Assembly (NCBI GenBank): GCA_017482195.1
Contig: JAFUNM010000006.1
Coordinates: forward strand, 1,184-65,183
Reading direction: 5' to 3'
Length of the DNA: 64,000 bases
Source: Clostridia bacterium
GTDB lineage: Bacteria > Bacillota > Clostridia > Oscillospirales > QAKW01
Below, piece by piece: positions 37,910 to 46,921 of this stretch (positions are counted from its first letter, which is position 1; every line of letters starts with the position of its first letter). The translations under genes were made by a program, and so were the position numbers. Below the pieces are notes generated by a model. The model worked only from the letters and a program-made list of their open reading frames with translations. It had not been told where the DNA came from and did not search any database.

Positions 37910-39511
37910 TTATTTTTCCATTTTATCACATAGGTTATTGATTTGATCTGCATATTTGGCTAATTCTTTATTGCTTCTGCCGCGCATACCTTCAATGACT
38001 TTCAAAAGACGTTTTGCAGCGCCTAACAGTCGATCAAAAACCAGATCGGCCTTAGTTTTGGCCGGCTTTTTCTTCTCCAGGCGAACCCGGTTGCCTTCCT
38101 CCAGCATAAGATCAACGACAGGGTCATAGACCGCGCCGTTATAGGGCGCGGTGGCCGGGAAACCCAAGCGTCCGGTAATAATAGAAGCAAATTCATCGCA
38201 AACCAGATCGTCGCCATGATTGACATAAACACGGGTAGGTCTATTCTGCAGAGCACCCAGCCAATCCAGCATGATCTGCTGATCAGCATGACCGCTGATG
38301 CCGTCCATGGTGGCGATCTTCGCCTTAACCTGCACCGTTTCGCCGAAGAGCTTGACAGTTTCGGCACCGTCCTGCAGCAGGCGGCCGACAGTGCCTAAAG
38401 CCTGATAGCCCACAAACAGCACCGTACTATCAGCGCGCCAAAGATTATGTTTTAAATGATGGCGGATCCGTCCCGCCTCGCACATACCGCTGGCGGAAAG
38501 GATAACCTTGGGGGTCTTATTCTCATTGATCGCCATGGACTCCTCGGCAGTCACCGAAACCTGCAGACCGGGGAACTCCAGAATATTAATGCCCTGCTCA
38601 ATGAGAGCGAGCATCTCTTCATCGTAATACTCAGTGAGATCATCGAAATAGATCTTGGTAGCTTCTACCGCCAGGGGACTATCTACAAAGACGGGAAAGT
38701 TTTCATGTCCCTTCACAAGCCCTTTATCCTTGATCTCCCTTAAAAGATACAAAAATTCCTGAGTCCTGCCCACTGCAAAGGAGGGAATCACCACATTGCC
38801 GCCCCGGTCAAAGGTCTCCTGCAAGACCGCGGTCAGCTGACCGATATAATCCTTACGCTCGCCATGGAGGCGGTTGCCGTAAGTAGATTCAATAATAACC
38901 GTATCGGCATAGTCCGGATTTTGAGGATCCCGGATCAGCGGACGGCCCACATTTCCAAGATCACCGGAGAAGAGCAGCACATGCTTTTTGCCCTCTTCCA
39001 AAACGGTGATCTCGATACTGGCAGAGCCCATCAGGTGCCCGGCGTCGAGAAACCGCAGGGCAATGCCATCGGCAACGGCATATTCCTGCCGATAGGAGCA
39101 GGGCTCAAAAAGGGACATGGTATGTAATGCATCCTCCACCGTATAGAGAGGGACATATTCCGGTTCGCCGGAGCGCTGGGCTTTTCGGTTGCGCCAAACT
39201 GCCTCCTGCTCCTGGATATGGGCGGAATCCTGTAGCATGATGCCGCAGAGCTTCACCGTTGCCCCGGTGGCATAGATGGGACCGCGGAAGCCTTGGGAAA
39301 CCAGCATGTGAATCTTACCCGAATGGTCGATATGTGCATGGGTCAACAGCACCATATCTACTTCGGAGGGCAGGATAGGCAGGCTGCAGTTTTCATAGAT
39401 ATCGCCCCCCTGCTCCATACCGCAGTCGACGAGGATTCGCTTGCCTGCCGCCTCTAAGAGGGTACAGGAGCCGGTCACCTCATGGGCGGCGCCTAAAAAT
39501 TTCAGTTTCAT
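37910..39511 (-). CDS. MBL-fold / beta-CASP family RNA-metabolising hydrolase
   Basis: MKLKFLGAAHEVTGSC, VLLTHAHIDHSG (HxHxDH), later ESTYG and SGHAD motifs. 533 aa. Confidence 0.85.
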   Translation of the reverse strand: MKLKFLGAAHEVTGSCTLLEAAGKRILVDCGMEQGGDIYENCSLPILPSEVDMVLLTHAHIDHSGKIHMLVSQGFRGPIYATGATVKLCGIMLQDSAHIQEQEAVWRNRKAQRSGEPEYVPLYTVEDALHTMSLFEPCSYRQEYAVADGIALRFLDAGHLMGSASIEITVLEEGKKHVLLFSGDLGNVGRPLIRDPQNPDYADTVIIESTYGNRLHGERKDYIGQLTAVLQETFDRGGNVVIPSFAVGRTQEFLYLLREIKDKGLVKGHENFPVFVDSPLAVEATKIYFDDLTEYYDEEMLALIEQGINILEFPGLQVSVTAEESMAINENKTPKVILSASGMCEAGRIRHHLKHNLWRADSTVLFVGYQALGTVGRLLQDGAETVKLFGETVQVKAKIATMDGISGHADQQIMLDWLGALQNRPTRVYVNHGDDLVCDEFASIITGRLGFPATAPYNGAVYDPVVDLMLEEGNRVRLEKKKPAKTKADLVFDRLLGAAKRLLKVIEGMRGRSNKELAKYADQINNLCDKMEK

Positions 39512-39521
39512 GGGCTACTCC

Positions 39522-40079
39522 TTAACTCCAGGCCTTATCATTAGTAGAGGATACGGCAACGGCACCGGCAGAAAGGGCATTCTGCACATCCTCCTTATCG
39601 CGGATCATCCCGCCGGCGATAATGGGCTTTCCGGTGGTCTCCACCAGATGACGAATGATTTTGGGCATGACGCCGGGCAGCACCTCTAAAAAGTCGGCAG
39701 GGCAGCCGGTGCGGGACAGATTGTCCAGCACTCTGGAATCCAGCAGAAAATACCGCTGGATGGTCAGCATCCCCTTTTGATTGGCATACCGGATCAGGGC
39801 GCTCTTAGTGGTGATGATCCCATCTGCCTCGGTGGCGCTTTCAATAAAATCTACGCTGACATCCTTAGGAGCAAGACCGTCGATCAGATCCAGATGGACA
39901 ATCGCCATCTTCCCCGCCTCTTTAACCCGCCGCACCATGGATGCGATGGTACAGATATCACCGAACAACAAAAAAATTACCCGGCTGCGGCTTTTTAAGC
40001 ATTGCTCCAATTCCGCTTCGCTTTTCGCCGCCGCCACGATGGGCACCTCTTTAAAACATTGCAACAGTTTTTCTCTCAC
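39522..40079 (-). CDS. glpP: GlpP-family (glycerol-3-phosphate responsive) antiterminator-like protein
   Basis: Collinear with B. subtilis GlpP: IVHLDLIDGL, DGIITTKS, IQRYFLLDS, DFLEVLPGVMPKII, IIAGGMIRDKEDVQNALSAGAVAVSSTN. Confidence 0.8.
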   Translation of the reverse strand: MREKLLQCFKEVPIVAAAKSEAELEQCLKSRSRVIFLLFGDICTIASMVRRVKEAGKMAIVHLDLIDGLAPKDVSVDFIESATEADGIITTKSALIRYANQKGMLTIQRYFLLDSRVLDNLSRTGCPADFLEVLPGVMPKIIRHLVETTGKPIIAGGMIRDKEDVQNALSAGAVAVSSTNDKAWS

Positions 40080-41581
40080 CGGTCCGCCTCCTTCTTCTTT
40101 CTATTAGATATTATAATATCTTTTTGAGGAAGTGTCAACCAATAGAACATGGCATAGGTCAAACACCATACTGCTGCACCGAGGACCATCTGCAAAACAG
40201 TTCCTCTTAAGGGCAGTAATGCCCAGACCACCGTTGCCATGCCACAGCCGCATAAGGGCTTCAAAACCCAATCCTTCCATTGAAAGCTCAGCTTGCAGGC
40301 ATGCAGCAGGGTACCGATATTCAGCGAACAGATCAAAATATTGCTGAAAACCATGACTCCTAAAAAGCCATAAATACCGAAAAAAGGAACGGTTAGGGCG
40401 ATCAGCAGGATTCGCAAAATGGAGTCGATGGTATTATTGCGAAGGGCGGCACTCTGGCGATCCAGTCCTTTTAAGAGTCCATCGGCAATGGTATCCATAT
40501 ACATAAAGGGGGTAATAGGTGCCAAGACCTTCAGCATCATGCTGACGGTCTCGCTATGAAACAGCACCTCTCCCAAGAAATCCCCGTAGATAAAAAACAC
40601 ACCGGAAATCATCACTGAAAGGGTAACAGTGATCCCCAGTGCTCTTGCTACGATCCCACGGGTAGACCGCCAATCGGCGCGGGCAGCGGAATCGGTGACC
40701 TCCGGCACCAAAAGAGAGGAAAGGGCGGTTAAAAAAGAGGCGGGAAAAAAGAGCAGTGGGATCGCCATGCCTTTGAGAGCGCCAAACTGCGCCAGACCCA
40801 GGGAATAATCCCCCGTATAGCGGGCGATAGCCACAGGAATCAGCATATTTTCGGTAGAATGGAGAGCAGTGGAAAGATAGCGAGATGCTGCTACCGGCAA
40901 AGCAATGCGGCGGATGGCACCCTTTTCCGGCGGGATAGGCGTTCCCTTGGGACGCTCCCGTTTGCAGCGGATGGCTAAAAAGAGACAGGAAACCCCCTCC
41001 GACAGAGTATTGGAAAAAACGATCATCCCTAAAAGGATCTCGGTGCCGGCTCCTCGAAACAACACCACCATTACCGCGCAGATCAGTAGCCGTACCGCCT
41101 GCTCCATGGTCTGAGCAAGGCAGGTGGGGCGCACCTGACGGCGACCCATAAAATAGCCGGAAAAGCAGCCGGAGACCGCCATAAAGGGCAGCGACAATGC
41201 CAACACCTTTAAGGCAAAGCCACAGCCCACATTACCGATCCAGCGGTCTGCCAGAAAGCCGGAGCCTAAAAACAGTACAAAAGCAGAGGCGGTGCTCAAC
41301 AGAAGCGCCCATAAAAGGCAGGATTGCAGGGCACCCTTGACTCGCCGTTCGTCTTTTAGTGCCAGATGTTGCGCCACCAGACGGGTCACCGCGATACCGA
41401 TCCCCGATTGGGCAAGGGTTATGAAAAGATTATAGACGGTAAAGGTCAGGGAATAAAGCCCCATGCCTTCCTCTCCTAATACATTGGCGATCAGGACCCG
41501 CAGCAAAAGACCTGCCGCACGAAGCAGCAGGCCGGTTCCGGTCAGGAGCGCTGCATTTTCCAAAAAATTACGGTTGTTCAT
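40076..41581 (-). CDS. MOP-superfamily polysaccharide/lipid-II flippase (SpoVB/MurJ-like)
   Basis: About 14 predicted TM segments, N-terminus MNNRNFLENAALLTGTGLLLRAAGLLLRVLIANVLGEEGMGLY typical of SpoVB-type proteins. ATG 41581. Confidence 0.75.
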   Translation of the reverse strand: MNNRNFLENAALLTGTGLLLRAAGLLLRVLIANVLGEEGMGLYSLTFTVYNLFITLAQSGIGIAVTRLVAQHLALKDERRVKGALQSCLLWALLLSTASAFVLFLGSGFLADRWIGNVGCGFALKVLALSLPFMAVSGCFSGYFMGRRQVRPTCLAQTMEQAVRLLICAVMVVLFRGAGTEILLGMIVFSNTLSEGVSCLFLAIRCKRERPKGTPIPPEKGAIRRIALPVAASRYLSTALHSTENMLIPVAIARYTGDYSLGLAQFGALKGMAIPLLFFPASFLTALSSLLVPEVTDSAARADWRSTRGIVARALGITVTLSVMISGVFFIYGDFLGEVLFHSETVSMMLKVLAPITPFMYMDTIADGLLKGLDRQSAALRNNTIDSILRILLIALTVPFFGIYGFLGVMVFSNILICSLNIGTLLHACKLSFQWKDWVLKPLCGCGMATVVWALLPLRGTVLQMVLGAAVWCLTYAMFYWLTLPQKDIIISNRKKKEADR

Positions 41582-41640
41582 TGATCTCACCCCATAATAC
41601 TTTATGCAAACAGAGCAAAGAACCATGACAACGGTAAATA

Positions 41641-41663
41641 AAAAAGACCCTTTGGGTCTTTTT
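41641..41663 (-). terminator. Terminator after the ABC importer operon
   Basis: AAAAAGACCC ttt GGGTCTTTTT overlapping the ATPase stop codon. Confidence 0.75.
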
Positions 41664-42396
41664 ATTGATAGATCTCTCTGGTTTTACGGGTAACCCCGAA
41701 CACCTCTTCAACAAGGCCGCTTTGGCGGCAAGCCTCTGCCGAACCGCTGAAGCAGAGTCTTCCGTTTTCCAGCAGCAGAAGTTCATCCGCATAGTCCATA
41801 GCCGCATTCAGGTCATGAAAAACAGTCAAGACTGTTTTATGCTGCTCCTTTTGCAGGCGACGGAGAAGTTTCAAAAAGGAACGGGTGACCTCCACATCCA
41901 TAAAAGCAGTGGGTTCGTCCAACAAAAGCAGTTCCGCATTCTGGGCAAGGACCATAGCCAAATAGGCTCTTTGGCGCTCACCGCCGGAAAGTTCCGAAAG
42001 AAAACGATCCCGCAGCCGAAGCACATCCGTTTGTTCCATCGCCGTTTCGACCTGCTCTCGATCTTCGGCCTTTAATCGGCCGGTCAGATCCAGATAAGGT
42101 GTTCTCCCCATGGCCGCCAGCCGCTCCACTGTTAGGGAAGCATTTGGAAGAAGCTGAGGCAGCAAGGCCCGAAGCTGTGCCAGCTCTTTGGAAGAATAGC
42201 CTTTTAGCGGACGGCCTTTAAGAAAGATCTCTCCGTCAAATGAAAGAAGTCCGGCAGCAGCAGAAAGCAGGGTAGATTTACCGCTGCCGTTTTTTCCGAT
42301 CAGGGCGGTGAACTTTCCTTGCTTCAGCGAAAATGAAATGTTTTTAAGGATTTCCGTTTTACCGTAGGAAACGGTCGTATTTTTAAATCGAAGCAT
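41662..42396 (-). CDS. ABC transporter ATP-binding protein (FecE/BtuD type)
   Basis: Walker A GKNGSGKST, signature LSGGERQR, Walker B LLLLDEP. Confidence 0.92.
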   Translation of the reverse strand: MLRFKNTTVSYGKTEILKNISFSLKQGKFTALIGKNGSGKSTLLSAAAGLLSFDGEIFLKGRPLKGYSSKELAQLRALLPQLLPNASLTVERLAAMGRTPYLDLTGRLKAEDREQVETAMEQTDVLRLRDRFLSELSGGERQRAYLAMVLAQNAELLLLDEPTAFMDVEVTRSFLKLLRRLQKEQHKTVLTVFHDLNAAMDYADELLLLENGRLCFSGSAEACRQSGLVEEVFGVTRKTREIYQ

Positions 42397-43366
42397 AACG
42401 TTTCCTCCGTATTAAAAGATAAAAGAAGAAGGGAGCACCGATCAACGCCGTCAAAATGCCTACAGGGAGCTCCGACGGAGCAAAAAGCACCCGCCCCAAC
42501 AGATCGGCAAGGACCAGCAAAACACCGCCCAAAAGAGCCGCACAGACCGTTTGCAGCCGGAAACAAACCGGAGCCAGTCTCCGGGCTATATGCGGCACCA
42601 TCAGACCGACAAAACCCAATAAGCCGGCAAAGCTGACTGCTGCAGCAGCGCAAGCGCTTGCCAGAATCAGGCATAGCGCACGTAAAGACCCTACCCGCAC
42701 ACCTAAAGAGGATGCAACAGCATCCCCCAGGGAAAGACAGTCGATCCGGGAACCGAACAGTAATATTATCAAAAAACAGATCCCGATCAGCAGGGCAGGG
42801 AGCAGCAATTCCTTCGTCTGCACCCCGGAGAGACCGCCGATGGAAAAATGATTATAGGAAGCCAACACATCGGGATCCAGCAATGAAAAAAAGGAGATTC
42901 CCGCATTTAAAAGGGCGCTGATGGAAACCCCCGCCAAGATCACCGTGCTTTTAGAACGGTGATAAGCAAAACCCACAATCAACAGAGTCGCCAAAAATGC
43001 ACCGCCAAAGGCGGTGATCGGCAACAGTAATACCAAAGTGGGCGCAAAAAACAAAGTCAGCATCACCCCAAAGCCTGCGCCGGCATTCACGCCGATAATA
43101 TTAGGGCCGGCCAGGGCATTGCCGGTCACTTTTTGAAGCAGTAAGCCCGAAAATGAAAGACCGGATCCCGCAATCAACGCGCCAAACAAACGAGGCAGGC
43201 GGATCTCATAGAGGATCAGCGATTCGGTGGAAAAACCGTCCGTACCCAAAAGACCGCCCCAAAATTCACGGCCGCTCAAGAAAACACTGCCCACACGCAG
43301 AGAAAGACAACAGACCGCGCATAATAAAAGCGGCAGCACCCATAAAATTCGATTCTTTTTATTCAT
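42383..43366 (-). CDS. FecCD/BtuC-family ABC permease
   Basis: About 9-10 TM helices, RLPRLFGALIAGSGLSFSGLLLQ and C-terminal PVGILTALIGAPFFFYLL, both typical of FecCD. Confidence 0.9.
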   Translation of the reverse strand: MNKKNRILWVLPLLLCAVCCLSLRVGSVFLSGREFWGGLLGTDGFSTESLILYEIRLPRLFGALIAGSGLSFSGLLLQKVTGNALAGPNIIGVNAGAGFGVMLTLFFAPTLVLLLPITAFGGAFLATLLIVGFAYHRSKSTVILAGVSISALLNAGISFFSLLDPDVLASYNHFSIGGLSGVQTKELLLPALLIGICFLIILLFGSRIDCLSLGDAVASSLGVRVGSLRALCLILASACAAAAVSFAGLLGFVGLMVPHIARRLAPVCFRLQTVCAALLGGVLLVLADLLGRVLFAPSELPVGILTALIGAPFFFYLLIRRKRYASI

Positions 43367-44306
43367 CGGCGAAGGTCTCCGGATAAAGCAATTCTGCTAA
43401 ATATTCGTAAGCCTCTGCCCATCGTGCGTTCGGTTTATACTGAAACAGGTCTTTGGGAAGATAATTATAGCTTCCGTTTTGAACCGCCGAAAGAGCCTGC
43501 CAGGAAGGCTGCTCCAGCAGACTGTTCATATAGGTCTTCGCCGCCGTCTCATCCCCCATGGTGGAAACAAAAATCACCGCCGGATCCTCTCTCAAGATCG
43601 CTTCTAAACTCAAGCCGTCCAACAAAACGGGGGCATCATCGGCAATATTATAAGCACCCAACTCCTCCAGCATCGCGGCAGCAAAATGCTGTCCGGCGGT
43701 TTTGGCCTTAGCAGAGCTTGCTCCGGAGCCGGAACGGATAAAGAGTACCCGCGGCTCTTCTGCAAGAGCAGATATTCGGGTCAGCAGCTCATCGATCTTT
43801 TGCTGTACCCCGATCCCGTAGGTCATATAAGCATCGGAATCACCGGTAATATCAGTACAGATCTGAAGCATACGCAGATAATCTCCAAAGGTCTCCGTTC
43901 GAAAGAGAGCACAGGGGATCCCGGCATTTTTCAGTAATGCAGCGGTTTCCGCATGGGCCTCAATATCAGCGGAACCAATTACCAGATCCGGTTCATAGGA
44001 AAGCAACCGTTCCGTATCAATGGTTTTTCCGGCACCGTTATCAACCAAAAGGGTATCGGCATCACAAAAACCTCTTTCTACACTCTCGCCCACCGAGATG
44101 GCCACCTCACCCCCTGCCAAATTCCAGACCTCGGCAAAAGAGGAAAAGAGAACAGCGACCTTCTGCGGCGCTGCAGAAAGACCTACGATATTGCCCGCAT
44201 CGTCGCTGAAGGCATAAAGGATCTCTTCCTTTTCAGCCTGCGGTGCGCATCCGGCCGAAAGAACAAGGATCCATATTAACGCGATAGCAGGAAGGAATTT
44301 TTTCAT
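43359..44306 (-). CDS. Class-8 periplasmic-binding-protein lipoprotein (BtuF/FhuD-like)
   Basis: Lipobox LVLSAGC. PQKVAVLFSSFAEVW ... YEPDLVIGS ... pattern of the iron-siderophore/cobalamin/heme SBP family. Confidence 0.8.
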   Translation of the reverse strand: MKKFLPAIALIWILVLSAGCAPQAEKEEILYAFSDDAGNIVGLSAAPQKVAVLFSSFAEVWNLAGGEVAISVGESVERGFCDADTLLVDNGAGKTIDTERLLSYEPDLVIGSADIEAHAETAALLKNAGIPCALFRTETFGDYLRMLQICTDITGDSDAYMTYGIGVQQKIDELLTRISALAEEPRVLFIRSGSGASSAKAKTAGQHFAAAMLEELGAYNIADDAPVLLDGLSLEAILREDPAVIFVSTMGDETAAKTYMNSLLEQPSWQALSAVQNGSYNYLPKDLFQYKPNARWAEAYEYLAELLYPETFADE

Positions 44307-45205
44307 TTTTCCGCCCCCAGCAAGGACGTTTCTACTTTTTCAAAGCCGAGACGTGCTACTGTATCGGCGAAACGCTCCCCGGGGGTGCCGTTTTCTTTAA
44401 AGAAAAGGATGGTCCGTTCCACCACATTCAAGACCTCTTCCATATCCGTAAAAATCTTGGAAAGAGGAATGCCGCGGACGGCTTTCTTCCCCCATCTTCC
44501 GCCGATATACACCCGATAACCCGTGGTTTCTTCCATGACGGCACCGAAAGGACATTTAGAGATACAGCGACCGCATCGGTTACAATCGGTCCCCAGTACC
44601 ACCTTTCCTTCTGTTCGTTTTGCATTACCGATAGGACAGGCCTTTTCGATCTGGCAGATCTTACAGTCGCGGCAAAGCGCTTCCTCTACCTTCGGGATCC
44701 GTTGGCCGACGATACCCAAATCATTGATGTCGGGCTTCACGCAGTTATTGGGGCAACCGCCTACTGCGATCTTAAATTTGTGGGGTAGTTTTACATCATG
44801 ATAGCCTTTATAAAAACGCTCATGGATCGCCTCGGAGAGGGCAAAGGTATCGATCAGACCGAACTGACAGGTTGTTCCCTTACAAGAGACCACCGGCCGT
44901 ACCTTTGGACCGGTTCCGCCGGTCTCCAGTCCGTATTGTGCCAGGTATTCCCGCAACGGCTCGATCTTTTCATAAGGAACCCGCTGAATCTCCACAGTCA
45001 GGCGGGAGGTCATGGCCACCTCCCCGTTACCGAATTGCTCAGAGGCCTCAGCAATGGCTTTACATTCTGCAGCAGTGATCTTTCCGTTTCGGGTAATTAC
45101 TCTGCCGTTAAAGCAATCCAAAGTAGTCTTATCTCTTAAAAATCCAAGGCCCTTGACTCTTGCCACCTCTTCGGGAGCAACATTGCACTTTACCGTTTTA
45201 TTCAT
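44303..45205 (-). CDS. Small nitrite/sulfite-reductase-family Fe-S protein with inserted 2x[4Fe-4S] ferredoxin motifs (AsrC/aSiR-like)
   Basis: SCKGTTCQFG and AVGGCPNNC (siroheme-coupled cluster Cys pattern), plus CRDCKICQIEKACP and CNRCGRCISKCP. ATG 45205 follows GAGGAGA. Confidence 0.65.
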   Translation of the reverse strand: MNKTVKCNVAPEEVARVKGLGFLRDKTTLDCFNGRVITRNGKITAAECKAIAEASEQFGNGEVAMTSRLTVEIQRVPYEKIEPLREYLAQYGLETGGTGPKVRPVVSCKGTTCQFGLIDTFALSEAIHERFYKGYHDVKLPHKFKIAVGGCPNNCVKPDINDLGIVGQRIPKVEEALCRDCKICQIEKACPIGNAKRTEGKVVLGTDCNRCGRCISKCPFGAVMEETTGYRVYIGGRWGKKAVRGIPLSKIFTDMEEVLNVVERTILFFKENGTPGERFADTVARLGFEKVETSLLGAEK

Positions 45206-45239
45206 TTTACCATTCTCCTCGCGGTTTACTTCTATCAAA

Positions 45240-45268
45240 AGTATAAATCCGCATGAAAGGAAAGTCAA
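45240..45268 (-). promoter_or_regulatory. Promoter of the SiR-like/ABC importer operon
   Basis: On the minus strand: TTGACT, a 17-nt spacer, then TATACT. Confidence 0.55.
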
Positions 45269-45278
45269 TAAAAAGCCG

Positions 45279-45307
45279 TTGAAAAACGGCAGCGGCAACG
45301 ATATAAT
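45279..45307 (+). promoter_or_regulatory. Promoter of the 1-phosphofructokinase gene
   Basis: TTGAAA, a 17-nt spacer, then TATAAT, back-to-back with the divergent promoter. Confidence 0.6.
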
Positions 45308-45332
45308 AAAATAGAAATGGAGGATGCAGCCA

Positions 45333-46229
45333 ATGATCTATACCGTCACTTTGAATCCGGCTTTGGACTACATATTATATACCGAAGAATTTGTTTTAGG
45401 CAGAACCAATCGCTCTGTCAAAGAAACTCTCTATTACGGCGGAAAGGGGATCAATGTTTCTGCCGTATTAACGGAATTGGGCGTAGAATGTACGGCGCTC
45501 GGCTTTATCGCCGGCTTTACCGGAAATGAATTGAAGCGGCTCGTAAAAGAAAACGGTCTGCAAACAGATTTTATTCCTTTAAAGAAGGGGGCCACCCGCA
45601 TCAACATTAAGCTCAAAGGAACGGAAGAAACCGAGATCAACGCCCAAGGGCCCGCCATTGATGACACCGATCTGCAACTGCTCTTTCAAAAATTGGACAA
45701 GATGAAAGAGGGGGATACTCTGGTCTTAGCCGGAAGCGTACCCCCAACCCTCCCACAGGATATTTATGAACAGATCGCTGAAAGGCTCGGCGGCAAAGGC
45801 ATCCGCCTGGCAGTAGATGCGGCGGGTGAACTGCTGAAAAGTGTATTGCCCCACCGTCCCTTTTTGATCAAGCCCAATAAACAGGAATTGGAGGGACTGG
45901 CGGGAAGACACCTCTCCACCGAAGCGGAGATCGCCGCAGCGGCAAAGGAACTGCAACAAATGGGTGCCGAATATGTTTTGGTTTCCTTAGGCGCTGAGGG
46001 CGCTTTGCTCCTGGATCAAAACGGCTATATAAAGAAACCGGCCTTTACGGGAACAGCGATCAATACGGTCGGAGCCGGAGACTCCATGGTTGCCGGATTT
46101 CTGGCAGGCATCGATCATGGAAAAGAATATGCCTTAAAGCTGGGCATTGCCGCCGGCTGCGCCACTGCTTTTTCCGAAAGGCTGGCATCAAAAGAAGAAA
46201 TCTTTGCCTTATTTGCGAAGAAAGTGTAA
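45333..46229 (+). CDS. fruK: 1-phosphofructokinase (PfkB family)
   Basis: MIYTVTLNPALDY, GGKGINVS and C-terminal VGAGDSMVAGF. ATG 45333 lies 9 nt after GGAGGA. Confidence 0.8.
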   Translation: MIYTVTLNPALDYILYTEEFVLGRTNRSVKETLYYGGKGINVSAVLTELGVECTALGFIAGFTGNELKRLVKENGLQTDFIPLKKGATRINIKLKGTEETEINAQGPAIDDTDLQLLFQKLDKMKEGDTLVLAGSVPPTLPQDIYEQIAERLGGKGIRLAVDAAGELLKSVLPHRPFLIKPNKQELEGLAGRHLSTEAEIAAAAKELQQMGAEYVLVSLGAEGALLLDQNGYIKKPAFTGTAINTVGAGDSMVAGFLAGIDHGKEYALKLGIAAGCATAFSERLASKEEIFALFAKKV

Positions 46230-46327
46230 TTTTACACTTCCAAATTCAGGGATGGGAGCACTTGATTTACCCCTTTTAATATGTTAAAATAATAAAAGTA
46301 AAAACCAAAAGAGAAAGAGGAAAAACC

Positions 46328-46921
46328 ATGAAAAAGCAACAAACTCTGCAATTGGTGCAGCTGGCGATTCTGCTGGCGTTGACCATTGTGTTGCAAACAG
46401 TAGGAAATAACTTTAAGATCGGACCGGTCAGTATCAGCCTGGTATTGATCCCCATTGTTTTGGGCGGCATTTTACACGGACCTCTTGCCGGCGGTCTTTT
46501 AGGACTGGTCTTCGGACTCATCACCTTGGGAGAACCCATGGCGCAGACCCTTTTGCCCCTCTCCCCCATCATGACGGTGGTGATCTGCGTTGGCAAAGGA
46601 ACTCTGGCAGGTATGGGTTCCGGGTTCTTTTATCGGCTGGTCGCCATAAAAAATAAAAAAGGTGCCCTCTTTGCTGCAGCAGCAGCGGCACCGGTCATCA
46701 ATACCCTGTTCTTTATCGCCGGCTGCACCGTTATTGCCGATACGGTCATCGCATCGGGCACCTTCGGCGCCATCCCGGCCGACACCCCTTGGTGGATGTT
46801 TTTCCTGATGGTGGCAGCCGGGGTATCCATCAATTTCATCGCCGAACTGATTGTAAATCTTCTGGCGGCGCCGGCACTGCACCGGGTCATCGAAACCATT
46901 GAAAAGAGGTTAAAAAAATGA
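46328..46921 (+). CDS. ECF-transporter S component (substrate unknown)
   Basis: About 6 TM helices, 197 aa, N-terminus LVQLAILLALTIVLQ typical of S components. No EcfA/T genes in the window. Confidence 0.65.
   Translation: MKKQQTLQLVQLAILLALTIVLQTVGNNFKIGPVSISLVLIPIVLGGILHGPLAGGLLGLVFGLITLGEPMAQTLLPLSPIMTVVICVGKGTLAGMGSGFFYRLVAIKNKKGALFAAAAAAPVINTLFFIAGCTVIADTVIASGTFGAIPADTPWWMFFLMVAAGVSINFIAELIVNLLAAPALHRVIETIEKRLKK

Noticed and set aside
45206-45332. A cobalamin riboswitch or Fur box upstream of the BtuFCD/Fec-like operon.
   Set aside because: The spacer is only about 125 nt and is filled by two back-to-back promoters. No B12-box-like (GCCACTG-type) or 19-bp Fur palindrome is visible.
46230-46327. 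A riboswitch (THF, preQ1, FMN or TPP) upstream of the ECF S-component gene.
   Set aside because: I could not recognise any conserved core of these classes in the 98-nt leader. It is mostly A-rich sequence plus an RBS.
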